DNA from: a virus
Taxonomy: Duplodnaviria > Caudoviricetes
IMG/VR virus record: IMGVR_UViG_3300031555_004297
Length of the DNA stretch: 64,000 nucleotides
Reading direction: 5' to 3' (one strand)
Under the pieces are notes generated by a model. It was not told where the DNA came from. It was given only the letters and a program-made list of their open reading frames with translations, and made no database searches. A program made the translations under genes and the position numbers. Of the stretch, positions 49,428 to 60,200 are shown piece by piece (position 1 is the first letter of the stretch; each line of letters starts with the position of its first letter).

Positions 49428-51203
49428 TTAGCGATAAATACCCATAATTAGATTTTGAACCTTATCTTGAATATTGCCCCAGATATTATTCTGTATAAAA
49501 TCGCCTAATTTATTCTTTAGATTAATAGTATACCACATTTCAATGGTACGCCTAATCTCAGGTTTGAAAATATTAATACCGCACATATTAGCCACATAGT
49601 CCATCAATGCTGTATTATTAAGAGTATCATAACTCAATCCAAAGTCAAAGCCACCCTTAGTAGGAGTAATAGCCATGACATTATAGAGATCCTTGATTTC
49701 TACATCAACCTCAATAGAAGTAGGAACTCCATTCTTTGTCCACTGACAATCTCCGCCCTTGTTAACGCTCATACTTGTAATAATACCTGTATCTACATTA
49801 AACATGCCCTTATAAATTGCTCTAACGAGGAATGGCGTACTATAAGAGTTTACATTTCCATTGATTGTCTGAGGGGCAACAAGGCACATTAAATGAATAA
49901 GAGGAACAAGTACATTGAGATAAATACTAAGTGGAGAAGGATCTGGAGATATAAACTTGAAATGACAGTTGTAACTTCTCGTAAACTGCGAATCAGCCCA
50001 GATCTCTGGGAAATGCATCTTACCACCAGTTGCAATAGTCGTCAAATGACCGGTAAGATTAGATAAGAAGTTGCCAGCACTAGAACCGGCAAGTTTCTTT
50101 GTAAGAGCATCAAGAGACTCCTGGTTAGATACCATATCGGCATCTACTACAGAATCTATATTTAATGCCGTGCTTCCCATACCAATCATAAAGTTAATTT
50201 CTTTAGCCATATCTGAAATACCATTAATAGTAGAAGCGAGCTGAGATTGCTGAGTGCTATTAGACCAGCTCTCGCTTATATTAGTCTCTGCATCTACATA
50301 AAATGGTACAGATCGGAAGGTACCAAAATCGCCAATGGATCTAATACCAGTTCCAGTAAAATCTTCCCAGTTAAGCTTACTGAGAGGAACATTTCCAGCG
50401 CCTGGAAGTTTCATATTCTGAATTCCAAGATACACAGCTGTAGCTCTACAAAGCGGGTTTACAAAAGTATAGTATTCATTTGCCTTATATTCAAATGTAT
50501 AGTATCGGCCACCTTGCTCTAATAGTTTATCAAGTTGAGTTCGATAGCTACTAATTCCTCCTAAAGTTCCCTGCTCGATAAGTGAACCAATAAGACTCTG
50601 GCGTTCAGCTTTACTATATTTTGTCAAAAATGCGGGCCTGCCTGGTGCCAAAAATAGTAGCGGCATTCTTTCTACGATCTTATTACTATATTCATACCCA
50701 AGCAAATGGCTAGATTTAACTGCCTCATTATTCTTATTTGTAGTAACAATTCTAGGATCAGCTGTAGGTAGGAACTGATAAGGTAATCCAAATACACCTG
50801 CTACGTGTTTAATATCAATAAAATCGCTATCTGCAAGATTATATGTGATTGTAGTTGTATCAAGCAATCCAGCTGTTTGAGCATTGTTCATTTTATCTGT
50901 ATCTATTACAGTGTCTGGGTCTGGCTTTGATTCAACCGCTGTAGAAGAGTCAACTGTTGCATTACCAGCAGCAGCTTGAGATTCCAAGTATTTTTCAATT
51001 TCTTCTTCCGTATGTCTTATGCCTAAAAACCATCCGGAATATGGGGACTGAGGCTGGATCCACCAGCCAGTCATAGGGTCATCTTGTCTAGAAGATTCTT
51101 TAACAACAGTACCACTTTTTACATTTTGCACTACTGTTTGTCCATTAGGAATATCCATCATTTTTGTATTGACGGATATAATCCATACATCACCTGAAGC
51201 CAT
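49428..51203 (-). CDS. baseplate/tail structural protein
   Basis: FGLPYQF…DPR, FPEIWADSQF.RSY, PFLVRA, W…G.PT.IEV…KDLY; directly after the tape measure gene. Confidence 0.55.
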   Translation of the reverse strand: MASGDVWIISVNTKMMDIPNGQTVVQNVKSGTVVKESSRQDDPMTGWWIQPQSPYSGWFLGIRHTEEEIEKYLESQAAAGNATVDSSTAVESKPDPDTVIDTDKMNNAQTAGLLDTTTITYNLADSDFIDIKHVAGVFGLPYQFLPTADPRIVTTNKNNEAVKSSHLLGYEYSNKIVERMPLLFLAPGRPAFLTKYSKAERQSLIGSLIEQGTLGGISSYRTQLDKLLEQGGRYYTFEYKANEYYTFVNPLCRATAVYLGIQNMKLPGAGNVPLSKLNWEDFTGTGIRSIGDFGTFRSVPFYVDAETNISESWSNSTQQSQLASTINGISDMAKEINFMIGMGSTALNIDSVVDADMVSNQESLDALTKKLAGSSAGNFLSNLTGHLTTIATGGKMHFPEIWADSQFTRSYNCHFKFISPDPSPLSIYLNVLVPLIHLMCLVAPQTINGNVNSYSTPFLVRAIYKGMFNVDTGIITSMSVNKGGDCQWTKNGVPTSIEVDVEIKDLYNVMAITPTKGGFDFGLSYDTLNNTALMDYVANMCGINIFKPEIRRTIEMWYTINLKNKLGDFIQNNIWGNIQDKVQNLIMGIYR

Positions 51204-51288
51204 ATAAACACCTCCTAAAAGGTATTGGGTTTAATTTAATATATAGTTGGAAGGGTCAATTCAGACCCTTCCAACCTTTGATTTGAAA

Positions 51289-54200
51289 TTATTCAGATGC
51301 CAAACCAGACATTACTTTCAGAAGATAATCGGTGTCTTTGTCGCCAATAAGTTTGGCAGCATTGGCATCACCACTTCTTTGAATAATTCTAGCTAAAGCA
51401 GCCTTAGTGCCAGCAGTATTCTGTTCTACTACCTTTTGAACCTCTTCCTTATTAAGGTTAATATCGAGTTTCTCAGACAGGAGTTCAAGAATCTTTGCAA
51501 GCAATCCTGTATTAGCCGCAATCTGCATCAGGACATTAACGATGGTCTCGAGGAATACTTCATAGCTTACGCCACCAGCTCCTCCAGATTTATCATCCTT
51601 AGCATGTACAACAACAGGAGTCTCGGCAGGTTCATAAGAATCAAGAGCTCTAGCAGATCCATAGTGCGCAGCAGCTGCTCTTCTGCTTTCAGTAAGAGCA
51701 TTAGCACCACGTCCAGATCCAACTTGACCATCAATCTTCTCACTAGTTACCATAGCACTCAGCGTAGTACCCAATACCCTTCTAGGATCATAAGATACAC
51801 GAGACTGAGGCATATCAGGATCTTCAACAACAATATTATTCTTATTATCTAAGCCAACTCCAGTAATGAAGTGAGGTCTAGAACCATAAGGAGAATTGCT
51901 ATTGCCTTGAGGATCCATTCCAAGCATTACTACCTGATGACCATGTTTGAGAGCTTCCATAATAAGGTTACTATCATTCGTAGCCTGGGTCTTAATGCCA
52001 TATTTATTAAAGATGGACTCGAAATACTTCATGTCTGTCATGCCTTCTTTATTCAAGAAACCATTATTTTCAGCATGTCTTGCAGCTTCATTAAGAGTTA
52101 TAGTCTTTCCACGTACATTGTTGATAGCATTAGTTGCTGCTACAGGAGCACAACCATTTTCACCAATTGTCGTAGGACCATACGTTCTATTTGCTACAGT
52201 AGGATCAGATTGATAGATATGTTTTCCAGCACCACCAAACCAACCCTTTACGGTACTCCAAGCATTGGAGATTCCTTCTCCAATACTACTAGCAACATTC
52301 TTGATACCATCTACGACAGCACCAAATTTATCGCTAATCCATCCACCGACATCTGGGAATCCCCAGTTACCTCCTCCGAAGAAGCTCTTGATTTTACCAA
52401 AAGTATTTTCAAAGAAGCCAGTGATACCATCCCAAATGCCCATAATCTTTTCTTTGATCCAGTCAAATGCATCTGTTACAGGTTTCAATCTCTGTTTTAA
52501 TCCATCGATACCACCAGTAATAAAGCTTACAACTGTACCAATTGCACCGACAATAATACGAAGAGGAGTACTCAATACTTTGACCACTTGGAAGATCACG
52601 TTATTGATAATATCCATTACGTTATTGCCAGTAGATTCAGGAGACTTAGGCGATTCCTCACCCTTCCATGCAGCTGTAAATAATGCTCCAACTGCAGTTC
52701 CGAGCTTAGGAAGCATCTGTTTGCCAGCATTAATAACTACCTTAACAGTATCTACAACACGGCCAACTACCCAAGTTAATGCTCTAGGAACGAATGTAAC
52801 AACTTTGACAACAAAGAAGATAGCCTTGTTGATAATATCCATTACATTATTTCCAGTGCTTTCAGGTGCATCGGGTCCATCCTCACCCTTCCATGCAGCG
52901 ACAAAGAGTCCGCCAACAGCAGTAGCAAGTTTAGGAATCATTTGCTTGCCGGCATCAATGACGATCTTGACAGTATCGACAATTCTACCAACAGCCCAAG
53001 TGATTGCACGAGGAACAAAGGTTACTACCTTAACAATTCCAAATACACCCTTCATTACGTTATCAATCATATCATTACCAGTGGTAGAAATGTTGATCTC
53101 GTAATCTTCTCCCTCCCAGGATTTCTTGAACAACTGTCCAACCATTGTTCCTAGGATAGGAATGATAACCTTACCACATTCAATAGCATCCATGACAAAG
53201 TTCTTGACCTTACCAACCATCGAAGTGATATAGATAATCGGAGAGATTGCAATTTTCATTACAGAGAATACGACATTTGCAAGGTTACCTACAAGACCGC
53301 GTTCATTTTCCTGGTTGGCCTTCACGGAGAATGCTCCAAGCATATTACCATCCCAAGCTTTGATAAATACGTTCTTAACACCTTGCCAGATGAAGCTACC
53401 GAATTTCTTCAAGCTATCCCACATCTTAGCCATATTTTCTTTGAAATGTGCGAAGAATTTTACAATACTTGTAATCGGACAGGTTATAACTTTCATCACT
53501 CCATGGATTACGTTCTTGATACCCTTCAGAGGATCATCGTCAGCAATCTGGGACTCCTCGGAATCTTCTCCAGTTACGGCAGAAGTCCAAAGATTCTTAA
53601 ATGCTGCAATTATCCATTTAGGAAGTCCCTTAAAGGACTCTATAAGCGGAGCCATAGTCTCATCGAGGTTACCATTCTTGATACCACTAAAGATATTCTT
53701 AATGGTAGAACCAGCATCCTTAAACATTTGGATAGCGCCACCGCCTACTTGTTTGACGTTTTCGACTTGCTCTCCAATCTGAGTATTCTTGAGAGCTTTT
53801 CCAATCTGAACATGCAGTTTGTCCTTATTGTTAAAGTCTTCAAGGTTATCATACTGCTCTTCAGGATGTGCTTCGTTCCACTCATCCATGATGTCTTGAG
53901 CTCTAGCTCTAGCTTCCTTAAGACCCTTAGGATCAAGTCCAAGAAGCGGGAATAAGAACTCAACGCAGACATCTACGATAATTTCAGAAGGAAGCAATCC
54001 AAAAGTAAATTGATTTGTAATAAGTTCCAACAAACCGCAGACGATTTTATGTCCGAAGTTAACTTCGAACTCAGTATCGCCTTTAGCAACGCCAAGTATA
54101 GTATCGGCATTATCAAAACCATGCAAGAAATCTTTTACCCAAATAGCAATAGCAACAAAAGGAATCTTACCGGCAATACCGCTAGCAATCTTTCCTAAAG

Positions 54201-57200
54201 CTTTGCCAGCAACTTTACCAACAATATTCTTACTAAGCTTCTGAGCAATCTTTTCGAGAGCCTCTTTAAGCATAGTTGTAGAAACGCCCTTACCGCAGAA
54301 TGACAAAATCTTAGCACCGATCTTGGAGTCTCCGATCTTTGCAAACGCCTTGCTAAGCCCAGCAGCTATCTTACTACCAACATTGTCAGCACTATTCTTA
54401 GCTACATTCTTAGCAGCTTTACCAAGGCCTTTAAGTCCTCCCTCAGCGATATCATCTGCCGCGTTGCCCATAATATTCTTAGTAGCACCAGCAGCTGTCT
54501 TCTGCATAGATTTAAATGCTGCAGAATTAGCAAGATTATCACTATTCTTGATACCAATTTCAAGGATATCATCAGTAAGGTTTCCACCAGACTTTTCTGC
54601 GATCTCGATAGCGACATCTTCGATAGCCTTAGCATCTCCACCCTTCTTCATGATAGCCTTATAAATATCATCAGCATTTCCTCCAGAAGCTTTTGCAAGC
54701 TCCTTAGCAGCATCTTGACGAATTGCTGTACTTTCAATAACATCATGAACGATATCTCCAGCCTTTTGACCGAGATTAATAGAAGCACCAGCTCCTTTTA
54801 CTGTATAGCCAACGCCCTTAGTTGCTGCTTTAACAACACCTTTACCAACGCCCTTAGTAGATACTTTAGACATTACTTTACCAACGCCAGACTTACCAAT
54901 TCCAACAGCAGATCTTACAAATGCTTTACCACCTGCAGATACCATTTTAGAGCCGATAGAATCATTGGTATTCATAACAGTATAACCGCTAACAACTTCC
55001 ATTACAGGATAATCTGTAGGATCGGTAGTTGTTTCGGTTTGGGTTTCGTCAGTATAATAAAGAGGATTGCCCTTCTCATCAGTAGCCTGAGCCATTTCAA
55101 CAGTATTGGTTCTCTGTTTTCTACCAAGAGCACCAACAATACCAGCTGCAGCTTCATCATATTCGTTCGTAGCGGTTCTATCACCAACGCTCTTCTGACC
55201 CCATTTGATGTTCTTTATAGCACTTACAAGTGCCTTAACAAGACCTGCAATAAATACGGGAGCATTATTAAGAAGAACTTCAATAATAGGCTGAATAACG
55301 TTGTCACAGACTTTCTGGAAGTTATCTGCAATATACTGAACTCCATCGCGAACAATACCGCCAAAGCCATCGGGGAATTTTTCTTTGAACCAGCCAGAAG
55401 CTTTAGTCCAGATCTTTCCTACAAGGCCATCAGTAGAATCTCCCTCGTTACCAAAGAGAAGTTTCTTGATAGGATTAATAACCTTATCAGTCAGAACGTC
55501 GCCAAACATTCCAAAGAGGGTAATACCTCCGAGAATACCAGCTCCAATTCCGATAGCTTTTCCAACTTTAGTGCCGCCAATGAACGAGAACAATCCGCCC
55601 ATAGCATCACCAATCTTGCCAAGAATGCCGCCCTTCTTCTTTCCCTTATCCTTAGGATTTCCAAAGAGCTTATCCTTAATACTGATAAGTGCATTTTTGG
55701 TCTCTTCGTGATTTGCAGAATCTCTATCATCTTGAGCATCTTCTTCCTCCGCCTTCTGTTTAGCTTCAACTGCTTCTACCGAGTCTTCTCCATGCACTGT
55801 TTCTACAGCATTAACTGCAGGATCTACAGGTACAGGAAGATTAGAACCAGGAGCAGGAAGTAATCCAGCAGGACTTTCAGAAGATCCGCCCTTTTTCTTC
55901 CGACTAGGAAGTTTAATTTTAGATAATACACCAGCAACTGCAGTCTTTGCACCAGTAAGGATTGAAGTCTTTTCAGATTTCTTGCCATCTTCAGCTTCTT
56001 CTGCAATAAGTTTAGCATATTCTTTGACCTTCTTATGAGGAACATCTTCGAGAGTATATCCGTCCTTCTTTGCAAGAGCTTCAACTCTCTTTATAAATTC
56101 CTCTTCAGTCATTGATTCAGGACGGTTCTTAAGAATCTTTTCGCTGAATGCATCTTCTCTGCTTTCTTTAATAGAGTCAATCATAGATGCAATCGAGCTC
56201 TTAGCAGCAGTCTTGAAGGACATCTTAGAGACTTCCTCATTCTTGTGCTCCTCTTGAATTTGCATCATATACTCAAATCTCTTATCAGCAGGAAGATCTT
56301 CGAGAGTATATCCATCCTTCTTTGCAAGGACTTCAAGTCTCTTATTAACCTCTTCTTCCGTAAGTCCAGGAATATCTTTTGCAAGAATTCCTTTGACCTT
56401 ATTAGAAGCGGACGAAACAGCTCCAGATACAGCTTGACCAAGTTTTGATCCAGCAATACCAGCAGTTGCTTTCGACATAGCATCCTTAACAGAGGTAGTT
56501 ATATTAGAAGTGCGGTCTGCAAGAGTGGTCTTGAAGAAGATAGCTTTACCCTTCTTAAATCTCTTCTTTTCATCCTTACTGAGATTTTTCAGGATTTCTT
56601 GTTCGATTTTCAGATAACGTTTCTCTTTAGGCCCTCTCTTTTGGAACCAGTTCATGCTCTTGATCTTTGGTTTCTTGCTCATCCATCCAAAGGATCTGAC
56701 ACAGGTCATGACCTTGTCTTTGAAGAATTCTTCAGCAGACATGCCATCCTCTTCTGCACCATCATCCTTGAATTTTGCAGCAAATGCTACCATTCCGGTC
56801 TTGGCTTTCTCAAGACTTGCGGATGCTTTCTTCTTAGCATCTCCAAGCATATTAGATACCTTTTCTCTTACAGTATCAAGAGGATTAGGTTTCTTTAGAT
56901 AGATAGCTCTACCCTTCTTGAATACAGACTTTTCGGTCATATTCATATAATTAAGGCAGAATGCTTCAATCTGTTCACGCTTTTCTTCGGAGAGATCAGA
57001 GACTTGCTCAGCTTTCCATCCAAAAGCTCTAGCTTTATCCATTACAGCCTCTGTATAGAACTGTTCAGGATCAGCATTTTTAGCAGCATCAGACTTAGCC
57101 TTTCCAGCTGCGAATTCAGATTTAAGGAAAGCTATATCATCTTTAACGCCAGATGTGACTCCGGCTAGTTTCTGGCCTATCTTGGATTCGGCAAATTTGG

Positions 57201-60200
57201 AAGATGCCTGATTCATCAAAGCCTTAATATCAATCTGAGGAGCATCAGGTCCAGTTGCAAGTGCAGGAATCATCTCCTTATTTGTAGTTTCTACAATTTC
57301 AGGAGATCCAGCACCGAGAAGCCCAGCAATCTTAGATTTTGCAGGTCCAATAGCAGATCTTGCCTTGTTAACAGCAGTCAGAGCTTTCTGCTTAAGTTTG
57401 TCCTTAATGGACATCTTAGCATATTTCTCAGGATCTACATTATCAACTCCAGCCTCTTCTGCTTTTTCCTCATCTTCTTGCTTTTTCTTATCCTCTGCAG
57501 CATCAGCAGTCTTCTTCTTAACTTCTGTAGGAACAATGTCTGTTGACGGCTTCTTGCCCTCTTCAGCACTATTTCCGCCAGGAGTAGTTTTGGCCTCTTC
57601 AGCAGCAGCCTTAGGATTAAGAATAGCTTTCAGAAGTTCATTGGATTCTGCAATTTTTTCAATAATAGTCTTCGTTCTTTCTTCGTAGATATTCTTGAAA
57701 AGATTTGTAGCTTCGGCAGGATCTGTAGGAGGTTCAGGTTCATGACCCGATTCACCATCCTTCTTAGCTCTCTTAAGACGAGCTTTTTGCTCATCTGCCA
57801 TTGCCCTTTGAATCTGACGAAGATCGCTATTGCCTTTAATGCGACGGCCGAGTTTCTTCTCAAGCTCCGCATCTCCAGCAGCAAGTTCATCTTTAGCTTT
57901 TCTAAAGTCAGCATTCTCTTTATAAGTCTTCTCGAGCAATCCCTTAATTTGATTCTTAAGTCTAGACTTCTCTTCAGGAGTAAGATTTTTAAGATCATCA
58001 ATTGCTTCAAAAGCTCCCTCTTCATCGCCTTCAGCGGCAATTTGAGCGATCTTCTTGACCTTATTGTAGCCAACTCTATCATAGAGCTGATGTCCACCTT
58101 CATCATATTCGTTAAAGAAAGAGGAAATCTCTTGACCCATCTGCTGTCTTACACCACCAAGGTTCTTACCAGCAGCTTCACGAGCCTTAAGACGTCCCTT
58201 GACAAGTTCTTCGATACCCTTAAGCTGGGATTCATCCATTTGGCTAATGGCTTCATCCTGCTCAGTAAACTTGTCCTTGCCCATCTTCTTGTCTTTTCTA
58301 AACTGAAGTCTCTCTGCAGCTGTCATTTCTCCAGCTCTACCAGTTCTTACACGCTTCTTTTGCATATGGTCAGCAGCCGCTCCCATAGCTTTAAAAGGCG
58401 CTCCGATAATAGCCTTACCAATGGCAAGAGGAGCTTTCAGAATGTTAAAGAATGTTTTAGTAATGGGCTTGAAGATCTTCTCTTGCAAGAAGTCATGAAT
58501 CGGAATACCAATAGTCTTCTCAAACATGTTGTTTAAGAAGTCCTTAACTTTATCAAAGGTATTAGTTACGGCATTCTTAATAGCGATACCTAATTCCTTA
58601 CCGAAGTTCTTAAGGGGATCGAGGATCTTCTTTTTACCCCATTCGGTGAGGTCATCAAAGATCTTCTTAATTCTCTCTTTAGCAGGATTGAGGATACCAT
58701 TCTTGATAGCACCAACAAGGCTGCCCTTCTTAGGATTATCAGGATCACCAAATACGAATTTATGGAATGCGGAAGTAGAAGTAAGTAATCCAGCACCAGC
58801 ACCAAGAACAGCATTTCCAAGTAAACCGAATGGACCCATAAGCATTCCAGCAACAGCACCGATTCCCATAGCAGGAACAGACTTCTTGAAGAATTTCTTA
58901 GCCTTCTCAGCAGTTTCCTTAGAAATAAGACCATCTTTACCGGTTTCAGCATCACCAAATACGAACTTCTTGAAGTTATCATTATTCTTCAGGTATCCAA
59001 TACCAGCGCCAATCGCAGCACCACCAAGAACACCAAAAGGAGTAAGCAATCCAAGAAGACCGCCTGCGATACCAAAGTCGCCCATGTCTTTACCATGCTT
59101 CTTGAAGATATCGACAACAGACTTGGGAATGACACCGCCCTTACGATTTCCTTCATCATCCTTCTCACCGAATAGCATGGTCTTAAGAGTTTCGCTATTC
59201 TGAAGAACAGATATACCAGCACCTGCAAGAGCACCAAGCAGCGGATTACCCATAAGCAGACCTGCACCTGCACCAAGGATACCACCAGCTCCAACTCTAG
59301 ATGCCTTAGAAGGATCTTTATTCTCTTCCCAGATCTTATAAAGGTTACTCTTCATTTCTTCAGTATTGAAGGTTCCCTTTGCATTAAGACCTATATAATT
59401 CATGATTTTTGCTCTATCAGCTCTTTCAAGGCTCTCCATTCTGGAGAGTTCTTTAGGATCTGTAGAGGCAGGGATAATAATCTCTCCAGGAGAGATCATA
59501 GTAAGACCGCGTTTGGTAACGATTCTACCACGTGCGCTAGTTGCAGGCTGCTCACCAGCAGGAGTACCTTCTGTTTCATTCTTGATTTCTTCGGCAGACT
59601 TTACTCCACCTTTTTCAAGTTCAGAAATGATCTGATCACGTCTAGCTTTTCTAGCCTTGATCTTAGTATTTACTCTACTGATATCTGTGCGATATTGCTT
59701 TCCAAGAGCAACGATAGCTTTTCTAGCCTCAGGGCTTCCTTCAGCTTGCTGATATAAGAATTTGGTGGTAGCAGTAATGCCCTGCTCCTTTGCCATTTCG
59801 TATACCTGTGCTTCATCGAAACCAATTTCTGCAGCTTTCTTAGCAAATTCATGTTCTTTAACGCTTATAGTACGTTCATTAAAAGCAGTACCAACAGCAT
59901 CCATTCCGCGTCCAATAGTTCTATTGAAGCCAAGTTTAACTCTGTTCTTACCAGATCTAAACATGTCTCCCATAGCATTCTTGACAGGAGCGCCATACTT
60001 ATCCCATAAAGGTTTTAATTTTTCTTTGACTTTATCTTTGAATGGATCAAATTTATCTTTAAACCACTTAGACAGACCTTCGAAAGCATCTTTAACTCTA
60101 GAAATCATATAATTAAATATGCTATCGATTTCATTACCATCCTTATCGACCATCTTCTCATTTCCAAAGAAGACTTTGAAAAGATTTTGGTCTGCCTTGT